Positions 22,703 through 35,079 of a stretch of 64,000 nt of DNA are shown in pieces. The DNA comes from Leucoraja erinacea (lineage: Eukaryota). Below the pieces are notes generated by a model that searched no databases, was not told the origin of the DNA, and saw only the letters and a program-made list of their open reading frames with translations. The stretch covers positions 20,956,001 to 21,020,000 of the forward strand of contig NC_073402.1 of NCBI RefSeq assembly GCF_028641065.1, given 5' to 3'. A program made the position numbers and the translations under genes. Within the stretch, counting starts at the first letter, position 1; each line of letters opens with the position of its first letter.

Positions 22703-24063
22703 GGTGTAAGGCGGAGGCTGGGCAGGTTAGGACTTTATTCCTTGGAGTGCAGAAGGATGATGGGTGATCTTGTAGAGGTGTATAAGATCATGAGGGGAAT
22801 AAAAAGGCTGAATGCACAGAATCATTTATCCAGAGTATGTGAATCAAGAATCGGAGGACATAGGTTTAAGGTGAGAGGAGAAATATTTAATATGACCTTG
22901 AGTGGCAACTTTCTCACACAAGAGGGTGGTGAGTACATGAAACAAGCTGCCAGAGGAGGTAGTTGAGGCAGGTACTAGAGCAACATTTAAAAAACATTTT
23001 GACAGGTACATGGATTAAAAAGGTTTAGAGGTATATGGACTAGATGTGGACTGGTGGGATTAGTGTAGATGAGGCATCTTGGCCGGCATAGGCAAGTTGG
23101 GCTGAAGGGCCTGTTATTGTTCTGACATGAGGAAGCAATGCATTTTTCATGGTTAAAACCGGTTTTATTTGGTTGCCTATTTGCTTGGTGTACCACTGGT
23201 TTCAATTTTATTCCCTGCCTTCTATTCTGTAACATTTGACATTTCAATGCAGTGTATAGTTGCAGATATGGGTGCAGAAATGGGAGATGGAGTTTAATTC
23301 GAGCAAGTGTGAACTGCTGTTCTTTTGACAGTTGAATGTTTGGGGAAAGTATACAGTTAATGGCAAGACTCTTAACAGCATTGACGTACAAAGGGATCTT
23401 AGGACCCAGGTCCATGGCTCCTAGAAAGCGGCAACACAAATAGACAGCATGTGAAAGAAGGCATCTGGTAAGCTTGCCTTTAACGGTTTCAGGTATTGAG
23501 TAAAAAGGTAAGAAAGTCATGCACCTTTATAAAACTTTGGTAAGCCGCATTTGGAGGATTGTTCCTGCCACCTCATTACAGGAAGGATGTAGAGGCTCTG
23601 GAAAGATGTAGAAAAGGTTCACCAAAATGCTGGCTAGATTCGAGGGTGTTTAGATACAAGGAGAGGTTGGACAAAAATTGCATTGTTTTCTCTGGTGTGT
23701 CAGGCTGAGGAACATGATCTGATAGAGGTTTACAAAACGATGAGCGGCATAGATAGAATAGTCAGTCAGAACAACTTTCCCAGTGTAACAATGATGAAGA
23801 CTGGCGGGTATAGTTTTACAGTCAGGGGGAAAGTTTAACGGAGATGTCCCCCACTTTTACAGAGTGGGTGACACATGGAGAGCGCTGCCAGGTGTGGTGG
23901 TGGAAGCATGTACGATAATGTTTAAGAGGCAATTGGATACGTACATGGATATGCAGGGAATGGAGGGCTATGGACCATATACAGGCAGAGGGAAATAGTT
24001 GAACTGCATCATATTCGTCATGTGAGCCAATGGGCCGGTTCTTGCGTTGTACTCATCTATGTT
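22703..24063 (+). mobile_element. Two tandem decayed CR1 3' fragments (about 22703-23113 and 23255-24063)
   Basis: LECRRMMGDLVEVYKIMRG-type remnants and gggcctg tails. Confidence 0.75.
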
Positions 24064-24482
24064 CAAAATTGTCTAGAGCATAGAAGAGTACAGAATTGTC
24101 TTCAAAATCTGCCAATCCACAAATTGGCAGAAACACATCATTAGGTAAATGAGCGAAAACTCCACTAGATGGCAACCTATCAATGCTGGATGCCAAACAT
24201 GCTCTAGGGTTGCTGGCTGACATGCTGAGTTACTCCAGCACTTTGCGGTTTTGCTGAAGATTCCAGAATTCACAGTTCCTTGTGCCGACATGCCTATGAG
24301 TTGTGATGTGCTGGACTCCTTGGCGGGGTGCTTGGAATTGTTTAGTGATTTGCTGTTTAAGCCACTACTGCCAGCAGTGGTAGTTTTCTTTGAAATGAAT
24401 GGACATTTCTGTACCTTGATCATTTTTCTTTGTCACGGTGACTGATGTAAAACCCTGATCCTTCCCCACCTTTCTCTTTCAG

Positions 24483-24627
24483 GCTGGCTCAGTCTCGAAC
24501 AAATCCTCAGTTTCTGGACATCGGGGTAAGCCCTCAGGACATGCAGACGGAAGAGTGTTTAACTCCAACGGACTGGGAAAAAAGTGACGTTGGAGTCACT
24601 GAAAAAGATGACCTGTTTGGGCTCTGA
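24483..24627 (+). CDS. LDLRAP1: LDLRAP1 terminal coding exon 9
   Basis: ctttcag acceptor. (R)LAQSRTNPQFLDIGVSPQDMQTEECLTPTDWEKSDVGVTEKDDLFGL then TGA (24625-24627), compare human LAQSRTNPQVLDTG...DDLFSF. Confidence 0.96.
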
Positions 24628-24865
24628 TACCTCGAGGGCCATGGAGAATGAATGGCTTGGCCCCAAAATGAAACTGACCTCCCTGTGTGAAACGAAGCTC
24701 GGCACCTTCTGACTGTTAAGACGGAATACTTGAAGGGTCGTTTATGGAAAGGAACTTTGATTTGAGCGACTGTGTTGTTGCAGGACTGAAACAGAGGATT
24801 AATCTCCTTAATCTTGTGCTGCTGCCTTTAAAGATGTCCAGACCAAAGCTATCAAACGGACTTGA

Positions 24866-25000
24866 AATAAATCTATTCAACCACTCACATTCCATCCTTG
24901 GTTGGTGTTGATAGGCTGCACGTTGCCTATGCATTTGAAAAGTTACTAGTGAAAATAAATTCCTTAAAAGACTACATGTAGATAAATGATTTGCAATAAA
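24866..25000 (+). terminator. Candidate proximal poly(A) signals of LDLRAP1
   Basis: AATAAA at 24866, 24954 and 24995 in AT-rich sequence after the stop codon. Which one is used cannot be read from sequence. Confidence 0.4.
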
Positions 25001-25519
25001 TATTAACCAATTATAAAATGCCTTTTTACAATAATTATTCTCACTAAATGAACAAGCATGTTAATTCCACTTGGCATTTGGATTATTCCAAATGCCAAGT
25101 GACTAAAGTAGCACAGATTCTCACTTGGTAATTATTTTTGTAACCTTTCAGGTGTAACCTTATTAAGATGTTCGGAAAAGTAAGAAGAAAAATACTGCAG
25201 ATGCTGGAAATCTGAAAATAAACAAAGTAGCAAGTGCTGGAAACACTCAGCAGGTCAGGCGGTATCCATGGAAAGAGACATGTTCATGGTTTCAGGTGAC
25301 GGCTTCTGTCTCGTGACTTGGGTCTGCATTGTATCAGCTCAATGATGAGACTTTCAATGGAGTTCTTCGTTCATTCTGGCTTGCTTCCCTTCTACACCTC
25401 CCATGACTACTTTTTGTACATTTCTCACATCTTTGCTCTTACCCCTTGTCCTCATGAACAGAGCAATGATTAATTTTCACTGCTTCACAATTTCCACCCC
25501 ACAAGCCTCTTCATCAACT

Positions 25520-25990
25520 GATCGTCCCTGGCGGTTTCTGCCACCTTTCCACGGGAAGGCACAACACTGCCCTGCCTTTCAGCAATCTGACGCTTTGACT
25601 GGCTGCAATTCAACCAAAGTTCCCGTGCAACCACAGGAGATACAGAACCTTTTCCCTCTTGCCTCCCCATCATCCAGGGATGCAAACAGCCCTTCCAGGT
25701 GAAGCAACAACTCACTTCCCCTCCAATCTAGTCTATTTCATTCATCAAAACATGATATCCTTGTCAGTGGAGGCTCCGAAGGTACAATGTGGCGCACCTG
25801 TGCTCAGTGTAAATGGATAACCCTGAGCTTCCTATTTGCCTACCACTTTAATTTTCATTCCTGCTCCCATTGATTTGTTTGCCTTTGGCCTCTTGTACAA
25901 CTGTAGCAAAGCCCAACATAAGCCTGAGGAACTGCACCTCAACTTTCATCTTCATTCTGGTGTCAATATTGAGTTCTGCAACTTTGGATA
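25520..25990 (+). mobile_element. Decayed Penelope-like fragment
   Basis: aaacagcccttccaggtgaagcaa and aagcctgaggaactgcacctc resemble the GIY-YIG region of the other copies. Confidence 0.55.
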
Positions 25991-25995
25991 ACTTA

Positions 25996-26305
25996 AAGGC
26001 CTGTTCCACTTTCCTGAGTTATTCACGAATTCTCCCGAGTTTTCTAACTCGCAGAATGTTCGTGACGAGACCGTAGGAGTCCGTGGATATATCGTAGCAG
26101 CTCGTCATGCCAACCGTAGGTACTCAGGGCTATTTTCTTACTCGTGGACATTTTTCATCAGACGGAAAAAACGTCCCGACATACCTGATGCCACGAGTAC
26201 CTACGGCTGGCATAACGAGCCGCTACGATATATCCACGGACTCCTACAGCGAGTTTGAAAACTCAGGAGAATTTGTGAATAACTCGGGAATGTGGGACAG
26301 GCCCT
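25996..26305. mobile_element. Harbinger-type MITE, palindromic, TTA TSD
   Basis: AAGGCCTGTTCCACTTTCCTGAGTTATTCAC ... GTGAATAACTCGGGAATGTGGGACAGGCCCT. TTA at 25993-25995 and 26306-26308. CpG-rich. Confidence 0.85.
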
Positions 26306-27341
26306 TTACTTGACTTCTTACTTTACATCAGAACTGGTCAGTTCTGCTGTAGGAAATATTCCAGCAAGATTATGCCAGAGTGCGGCAACTCTTTGTGTCC
26401 TCTTCCCAGAGAAGGAACGACCATCATCTGTTTCACACTCCACTCTTTTAAATATCTTCTCTAGTTATATTCCACACTCTGCATCTTCTATTATACTCGA
26501 GTTTGACGATTGTATTTATGTATCGTATCTGATCTGTTTGGATGGCATGCAGAACAAAGCTTTTCACTGTACCTCAGTACACATGACAATAATAAGCCTA
26601 AACCTATCATTAGCTCATTTCCCCCCAGAATATTTGGATAGACTGATGCTGGCCTGGGCATTTCCTATAGTTTAGAACTTTAATGCATTTACTTTCCATT
26701 GTTTATGTTGTCTTTGAACAATTTCATTAACCTATCAACCCAATGACTTAATCCACCAGAGATACAAGGAACTGCAGATGCTGGAATCTTAAGCAATGGA
26801 CAGGCGATATTTCAGGTTGGGTCTGAAGAAGTGTCCTGACATGAAATGCCACCTGTCCATTCCTTCCCCAGATGTTGCCTGACCCACTGAGTTCCTACAG
26901 TATCTTAACTTACATATACCACACACTTCCACGGCAACCCTGGCTTTGTCCTACCGGAGAGATTGGATTTGACCTACTCATCCATTGCAACTTACAACGA
27001 ATTGTCATTCATTCCTAATTCTGACAGTACTTCCACCCTGAGAATATTATTCTATTTCTCTTTGCCTCGCCTGCTGAGTGTTTCCAGAAGTTTTTTTATA
27101 ACCATATTTAGTTTTTTCCTTTGTGTATTATATAGCTAATGTATTATTGTGATACACAATGTTATTAAAAACATTTCATGTCCATTACATTTCCAATTTC
27201 TTGTTGCCATTGCTTAAGCTGAATGACAAAATTCCCTCCCAAAATGTTTGAAGGGTGAAAACAGAATTTATCCTTCAATCTTTTCATTCCTGTTGTAATC
27301 GAATCTGCTTGTCACTCATTTAAAAGTGAAGATCAAAAATT

Positions 27342-27636
27342 GGGCGGCACGGTGGCGCAGCGGTAGAGCTGCTGCCTCGCAGCGCCAGAGACCCGGGTTC
27401 GATCCTGACAACGGGCGCTGTCTGTACGGAGCTTATACGTTCTCCCCGTGACCTGCGTGGGTTTTCTCCGAGATCTTCGGTTTCCTCCCACACTCTAAAG
27501 ACATACAATTTGTAGGTTAATTGGCTTGCTATAAATGTACATTGTACCTGGAGTGTGTAGGATAGTGCCAGTGGCTGGTTGGCGTGGACTCGGTGGGCTG
27601 AAGGGCCTGTTTCCACGCTGTATCTCTAAACTAAAC
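27342..27636 (+). mobile_element. HE1/V-SINE-like SINE, best-preserved copy
   Basis: A box TGGCGCAGCGG (27353-27363), B box GGTTCGATCC (27396-27405), V-domain, (CTAAA)n tail. Confidence 0.92.
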
Positions 27637-28361
27637 ATCCAGTGAAAGCTATTTTCTGCAAATATCCAAAAGAAATAGCAACAACTGCAAAAGTGACACT
27701 GACCTTGGAGTGAAATATTTTCGTCGTGAACCACTTCATATACAATACAGAAAATGTTATACTTTACAGAGTTGTATTTGGAAGGTAGTTTTATTTGTGA
27801 ATAATTTTCTAATCCTGCTTTGGTTCAAAGATAATTGGCACCCCAATTAATAGATCAAATGGAATAAATAGACAACTTGCATTTCTAATGATACATAAAT
27901 CCAAATCCTCTAAGTTGTTTTCATGCACTTATTGGGAGAAAAGGACACTTTCCCGTTTTATTTTTCTCCTGTTCTCGAGCAAGCAAGCCAAAGTAGATTA
28001 CATTTTTGTAATGTAGCTGTAGAACTCCTGTTCATCAAACTCTGATCATGAGAAAAATGTATAAGGAGCAACAAAAGAGGCCAACATCATAACTGGACCA
28101 AACCATCTTTCTTCATAGAATAATTTCCACTTCAGCTATTGTGTTTAGTTTATTACAAATGACATTTCTAAACAACACAATGTGGTTCTCAACTGTACCA
28201 ATCTTATGAGAAACTTTGAATGGATTATGTTTGATACGGTGGGTTCAGTGTGGTTCCTGCAGTGGTTATTTCTTAATTATTCCTGTTGTCTGAGTTATTT
28301 GCAATAACTAGTATATGACCTTGGAATGGTGATAACATTGTTGCCATGTCTCACAATGATA

Positions 28362-28395
28362 AATAAACTCACTACTGCCAAGTTGGTTGTTTGAT
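28362..28395 (+). terminator. Candidate distal poly(A) signal
   Basis: AATAAA 28362-28367 followed about 15 nt later by GT-rich agttggttgtttg. Confidence 0.3.
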
Positions 28396-28914
28396 AATAT
28401 TGTAAAAAAAACTCTCTTGTGTGCATTTTGTTAATTTGTTTTAGCCGGTGTTTAAATGGTCCGTGATTATTACATTATTCATACTGGATGTTCCTTCAAT
28501 TTTCCTTCAATTTTCTGATTTTTGTTGCTGTTCAACTCTATAACCTCTAGTGGGTAGAGGGGTATATAAACTACAGCCTCTGGTTTTTAGTCATCTATTA
28601 CTGCTTTGCTTTGGCCATATTGGTTCTAAGGCATGATGCTTCTTGAAGGAGGGCGGGCGACGATGCATCCTCACGATTGCCTTTATCTCATTGACCACCA
28701 GGGTTTGCTAGCAACCATTTAGAGTTTGTTCAAACGCTGAAACAAAGAACTGCAGATGCTGGTTTAAACCAAAGATACACACAAAGTGCTGGAGTAACTC
28801 AGCGGGTCAGGCAACATCTTTGGAGAAAAAAGATGGGTCATCCTCTTTTATTTTTGAGTTTATCTTTTCCAAATGTCCGGTACTTGGGAATATATTGATC
28901 TCACAATCTTGGTT

Positions 28915-29375
28915 ACAAACTTCTACAGATGCACCATATAAAGCATATTGGCAGACTGCTTCACAGCTTGGTCTGGGAACAGCTGCCCAAAACTGCAATG
29001 CAATTGTAGAGAGTTGTAGATGCAGCCCACACAGACCGGGTTTCCCACCATTGACTCCATCAACACTGCACGCTGCCTTGGAAAAACAGCCAACATAATC
29101 AAAGACTTGTCCAACCCTGGTCATTTCACCTCCTCCTCCCTGCTCCCATCCAGCCAAAGGTACAGAAGCTTGAAAGCATGCACCATCAGACTCAGGAACA
29201 GCTTCCACCCCTTTGATACCACAAGCTAGAGTATTGTCCCATTTTGGACTTCGCTCTGCAATGCTGCAAACTACACTCTGCACTCACTATCTTCCCCTTT
29301 GCTCTATATGTCGTACGTGAGTTTGACGTGATTATGTTTATGTACATATATATCTGATCGGTTTGGATAGCGCAA
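28915..29375 (+). mobile_element. Rex1/Babar-type LINE 3' fragment (decayed)
   Basis: PTIDSINTARCLGKTANIIKDLSNPGH...LLPSSQRYRSLKACTIRLRNSF. Confidence 0.75.
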
Positions 29376-30080
29376 AGCTGGTTTCCACGGTGTCAAAACA
29401 AGGAATAGCAGATGCTGGTTTACAAAAAGGACACAAATTGCTGGAGTAACTGAAAGGATCAGGCAGCATCTCTGGAGAACATGGATAGGTAACGTTTCTG
29501 GTCGGGACCCTTCTGAAGAGGTGCCGCCTGACCCATTGTGTTAATCCAGCACTTTGTATCTGCCCTGATAGTTCCACTCTGATCATTTAATTCCCCCTTT
29601 TTTAAGTTTAGATTAGAGATACAATGTGGAAACAGCCCCTTAGTGCACTGTGCCCATGACAACCAACAACCACTATGATACACCACCAAGGCAATTTACA
29701 TTAGTCAATCGCCCTACAAACCCACACCTTTTAAAAAAAATACAAAATGCTTTTATTCGAACAAACACATACAGAGTAGTAACAAATCAAGATTGCCATC
29801 AGCAGTTTACAAACAAACCATTATCAAATTAAAATATTATCAACTTTATTTACAAAACACTCTACCCCCTGTGGCGACCAGTGTTCACGGAAGGCCTCCA
29901 GGGTCTCCATGGACACCCACACAGTTTTGTGGAGTATGGGAGGTAACCAGAGCACCCAGAGAAAACCCACGCGGTCATGGGGAGAACATACACTCTTACA
30001 GACAGCACTTGCAGTCAGGATCAAGCCCGGGTCTCTGGCGTTGTAAGGCACAAACTCTACCTTGAGGAGCTTCACGGCAA

Positions 30081-30410
30081 TGTAAACATACAACAATGCG
30101 AGTGATTCTTTGCTTTACACCAAGGTGTAAAACATGCAGGCTGCTGTAGTAACGAGGTTTAACTCTGCTAATGTAGCCCCAGAAACAGCTGGCTCCTGCA
30201 AACGACCATCAGACTGTGGGAGGAGCAGCAAGATAATTGCACAGCCCACGTATAAAGAAACAAACAAATTGGATAGAAATACGGGAAGGTGAAATCCATG
30301 CTGGGATGTGATGCGTGACTAAGGAGCTGTGCCTGGGAGCAACGGTAGGTCAAGCCCCGTTGTTTATCTCTGCTAAGAGCCGGGTTACTGACCTGGCGTG
30401 AGTCATTAAC
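30081..30410. promoter_or_regulatory. Candidate enhancer (motif cluster in non-repeat DNA)
   Basis: TGTAAACA, palindrome TTTACACC-AA-GGTGTAAA, CAGCTG, AGATAA, AGGTCA, TGTTTATCT, TGACCT and TGAGTCA within 330 bp. Confidence 0.35.
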
Positions 30411-31619
30411 CATCAAGAATGTAATTGCTTTTCAGAATAAAGTCTTGTTTATTTTTGTGCTGGAAGCTGAGACACAATCTTGGGAAAGCAGATGATCAGG
30501 GAATGTTATTAATGGTATTTGGTCAGAAGTTTAGAAGGAAAAAAAAATCGCTGCCCAGCAGAGAGTATTGTGAATCATTTTAAAACTCAAGGAGTGTAAC
30601 AGGAGTTGGTTTCGCATCTTATCTGGATGAGATTACAACTGTAACCTGACTCAGATACAAGGACATTACCACTGAAAAAAATTGGGATTCTGATTTTTTA
30701 GTTCATTGTTATTTTTGCAATTAAATTATTGGGTTTTAAGAACACATACCCTTAAGTCCAAGAATTATGCCTTATGGAATCATTGGTTGCAGAGTCATAA
30801 GTTGTACAACATTGAAACAGGCCCTTTGGCTCACTGTGTCAATGCTGACCTTCATACCCATCTATACTAATCCCACTAGCCTGCTCTGATTCCATGTCCC
30901 TCTGTGTCCTGCTCATTCTAGTATCTGTCCAGATGCCTCGTAAATATTGTTACTCTTCCTGCCTCCACCACCTCCTCTGGCAGCTCATTCCAGTTACCAA
31001 CTATTCTGTGTGAAACATTCACCCTTTAAACAAGGGCTCAATCCCCACCTCAGGTGTCGGTGTGAAGTTTGCATATTCTCCCCGTAACGGTCTGGATTTT
31101 CTCCACGGTTTCATCCCACACCCCAAAGATGTGATGGTTAATTGGCCTCTGAAAATTGCCTCTAGTGTGTAGGGAAAGGACGCAAAAGCTTAATAACCTA
31201 GAACTTGTGTCAACAGGTGATCAATGGTCGGTTCCGATACAATGGCCCGAAGGTTTTATTTCCAGGTTTTATCTCTAAACTATGTTGAATTCGACTCTAG
31301 TGCAAGTGCAAATACTCATGAGCATTGCAAATCAAAAACATGCTTTACCACATACTGAAGGCAAGTCATCAGTATGAAGAGAGGTCCCGACCCGAATGTT
31401 CGCCCATCCTCCAGCACATTGTGTCTATCTGGCCCCAAGCCAAAACTTTGTCCATTTCCCACTGCAGATGCTGCCTGACCTGCTAAGATTCTCCAGCAAT
31501 TTGCTTTTTGCTCATGATTCCAGTACCTGCAGTCTCTTGTGTCTGCATCCTGACGTCAAAATTAATGCTATTGCAGGTACCACGTTTTCAAGGCAGAGGT
31601 CATTGTCGTATTGTCTTAG

Positions 31620-31985
31620 AGGGATACAGTGTGGAAACAGGCCCTTCGGCCCAACTCGCCAACAATGTCCCAGCTACACTAGTCCCACTTGTCAGCACTT
31701 GGTCCATATCCCTCCAACCCTGTCCTATCCATGTACCTGTCTGTTTCTTATACGATGGGGTAGTCCCAGCCTCAACTACCTCCTCTGGCAGCTTGTTCCA
31801 TACACCCACCACCACCCTTTGTGTCAGAAAGTTACCCCTCAGATTCCTATTGTCTTTTCCCCTTCACCTTGAACCCATGTCCTCTGGTCCTCGATTCCCC
31901 TACTCTGGACAAAAGACTGTGCATCTACCTGATCTATTCCCCTCATGATCTTATACACCTCTATATGATCCCCCCTCATCCTCCT
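31620..31985 (-). mobile_element. CR1 LINE 3' fragment
   Basis: VVGVWNKLPEEVVEAGT motif and tail on the minus strand. Confidence 0.8.
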
Positions 31986-32474
31986 GAGCAAAAAGCAAAG
32001 TGCTGGGGGAACTCGCTGGATCAGGCAGCATCTGGGGAGGGAATGGACAGGTGAGTTGGGACTCCTCTTTAGATTTGTCCTGACCCATTCTCTTCCCAGA
32101 TGCTGCTGGAGCTAGGAAGGTGCTTGGTGGACAGAGGAGGGGTGAAGGATGTTTGGTGTATGGAACCAGGCAGGAGAGGGGGAGGAATGGAGTTGGGAGG
32201 CATGCAGATGATGAATGGAGACAGAAAGAAGAGAGAGGAAAAAGATGGCGGAGGGGAGGGTGACAGGGAGACAGCTGCTGAAACGTGGTTAGCAGGAACA
32301 CAAAGGCTATCAGTACAGGAGTCTGGGAACTAAGGAAGGTGATATTGGGAGAGAGGTGAATGATAGATGGAAACAGAACCAGAAGGAGGAAGGTGGGGGA
32401 CAGGATGTCGGGGGAAGAGACTGCAGATGAAATAGGTGTGAAATCAGTGGATGGAAACAGGACGGGGAGCCTAA

Positions 32475-32700
32475 TGCCCCTGTCCCACTTAGGAAACCTG
32501 AACGGAAACCTCTGGAGACTTTGTGCCCCACCCAAGGTTTCCATACGGTTCCCGGAGGTTTTCGTCAGTCTCCCTACCTGCTTCCACTACCTGCAACCTC
32601 CGGCAACCACCTGCAACCTCCGGGAACTGCACGGAAACCTTGGGTGGGGCGCAAAGTCTCCAGAGGTTTCCGTTCAGGTTTCCTAAGTCTGACAGGAGCA
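32475..32700. mobile_element. Harbinger-type MITE, shorter relative of the 6851 element
   Basis: TGCCCCTGTCCCACTTAGGAAACCTGAACGG ... CCGTTCAGGTTTCCTAAGTCTGACAGGAGCA. Flanks TAA / TTA. Confidence 0.85.
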
Positions 32701-33335
32701 TTACACCCAACTTCACAAGATGAAAGAAAGACACAAAGTGCTGGAGTAACCCAGAGGGTCGGGCAGCATCTCTGGAGAAAAAGGACGGGCAATGTTTTGG
32801 GTTGGGATCCTTCTTCTGAAGAAGGATTCTGACCCGAAGCGGCATCCATCCATGTTCTCCAGAGATGCTGCCTGACCCATTGAGTTACTCCAGCACTTTG
32901 TGTCTTTCTTTGGTATAAACCAGCTTCTGCCTCAATTTTAAAGGACGCCCCCATTAGCTTGTAACTATGTCCCTTTATTTGAGAATGATCATCTGGATCT
33001 AGTCTATGCCCAAGATTGTCACCGAATAGGTGGATGGTGAAAAGTTCCAGACAAATTATGCAACTGTTGTCTTTATATTGTGAAATCGGAAGTTTACATC
33101 AGTACGTTTGATGTTGAGTAGCACAAAAAAAAGTCACAGCAAGTTGGTTTCATTTACGTTTTCCTGAGTTTCATTTTCTTGATACCGAAAGTGCAGAAAA
33201 ACACAGTGCAAATGACGATGTGTTTTCTTGAAGCAATGTAATTTGTGCCTTGTCTGGTGAATGTTTTTTTTTAATGGCATTGAAAACAAGTTGAAAAGTT
33301 TGAAGCTATGAGGCAGCAAAATTAGCTGGCATTTA

Positions 33336-33383
33336 ATTTGCATGTCAACGTCATTTTGTTTTATTGAGTTCATTGGCCAATGA
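33336..33383. promoter_or_regulatory. Octamer plus palindromic double CCAAT element
   Basis: ATTTGCAT at 33336-33343 and perfect palindrome TCATTGGCCAATGA at 33370-33383. Confidence 0.3.
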
Positions 33384-34022
33384 GCAGTTACAGAGCCAGA
33401 GACAGTAGCCAGGTCTTGCCTTTTGCTGCATTTTAGTTAAACGAAAAAAAAAGAAATCGACAGACAGAAGATAAGACGAACGATCGCATGGAACAGATTT
33501 ATTTATTTGGTGCATCTCGGGGCTTGAGAGGATGCCCTGACATTTGAGAGGATGCAGAGGTAGTTATTGGTGTTTTCTTCTGAGAGATTGAGCTGTTCTG
33601 CTGATGGCTTTGCCATCAAATGGAATGACAGCAAATGCTGCCTTTTCCTCAAATGGACGTAAAGTGCTGGAGTAGCTCAACGAGTCGGCATCTCCGGAGA
33701 AAATGGATGTGAACTGAAGAACGTGGTCGTGTATTGTCTTTCCGCTGGCTGGTTAGCAGGCAACACAAGCATTTTCACTGTACCTCGGTACACGTGGCAA
33801 TAAACAAAACCGCCGCCATTGCTGGAGTGAGGCTGCGTACAAACTGGAGGAACAGCACCTCGTTCGTATTCAGCTGGGGTAGCTTACACCCTGACGGTAG
33901 GAACATTAAATTCTCCACTTTTCGGTAACCTCCAACAACCTCCCTCCCCCCCTTTCTCCCCCATACCCTCCCCCTCCCATGTGCCCAACTAGGACGTGCC
34001 TATTTCTCCCCTCCCCCCCCCC

Positions 34023-34650
34023 CAGTCAATATGCTCTCTACTGTACACCTGTAGAAATTCAAGAGAATCCTCTCTGACATACCAAAGCTCCATAATCTTC
34101 TCAGGAAGCAGAGGCGTTGATGTGCTTTCTTTATAATCAGTGTGCTGGGCCCAGGAAAGATCTTTGGAAATATGCATGCCCAGGAATTTGAAGTTTTTGA
34201 CTCTCTCCACCATATAACCAGGATTGTGGGTCCTTGGTCTTCCTCTTCCAAAGTCCACGATCAGTTCATTGGTCTGCATAAGATGGAACTGCAGATGCTG
34301 GTTTAAACCGAAGATAGACACAAAAACCTGGAGTAACTCAGCAGGACAGGCAGCATCTCTGGAGAGAAGGAATGGGTGACGTTTCGGATCGAGTCCCTTC
34401 TTCAGTTCATTGGTCTCACTGATACTGAGAGCCAGGTTGTTGTGCTGGCACCATTTGGTCAGTCGATCAATCTCACCTCTATACTCTGACTCATCACCAA
34501 TTGGTCCAACAACGGTGTTGGCATCGGCGAACTTGAAGATGGAGTTTGCACTGTGTCTGGCAACACAGTCATGGGTATAGAGTGAGTAGAGCAGGGGGCT
34601 GAGCACACAGCCTTGAGGTGCTCCCGTACTGATTGTTATTGAAGAAGAAA
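34023..34650 (-). mobile_element. Rex1/Babar-type LINE RT fragment, interrupted by a Penelope-derived element
   Basis: STGAPQGCVLSPLLYSLYTHDCVA...KFAD RT motifs. Insert 34276-34401 flanked by TCAGTTCATTGGTCT (34261-34275 and 34402-34416). Confidence 0.88.
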
Positions 34651-35079
34651 TATTATGCACCCAACACATGTTGTCGTTTTGTGCAAAAGACATAGATGGT
34701 TAAATGGTGCACACAGCAGGCATGTATACATCATGCATCCAGTAAATGTGGACATATCGTGCTGTGGGTGATCCACGTGACCATGGGTTCAGTGATCGTG
34801 GAGCATCAGATCCCTAGAGAAAATGTCAATCCACGTACTCGGTTCCGTATGGTAAACATCTATTTTGCCTGTCTTGTTATTTGGGTACTGAGTCAGGAAT
34901 GTCTTGCATGTTGACCTGTAGGTGTTGTTGGTGTTGTAGGTTTGAAGGGATTGTATCGTGCTCCACCTGCAACCCTTGGCGGGGTTTGGGCGGTTCATTG
35001 GAGAACTGTGGCATTTTGTCCACAAAATTAAACCAAAGCCGACCCATGATTGTGAAAGGATACTTCCCAGAACCCAGTT

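Noticed and set aside
27342-27420. tRNA gene
   Set aside because: The A and B boxes belong to a SINE head that continues into the V-domain; no complete cloverleaf.
31951-32544. 197-aa minus-strand ORF
   Set aside because: Spans a MITE arm and a purine-rich decayed repeat; low complexity.
34700-35070. Possible LTR-retroelement protease remnant (KYPFTIMGRLWF, minus strand)
   Set aside because: Similarity is too weak to call by eye, and no catalytic motif or LTR is visible.
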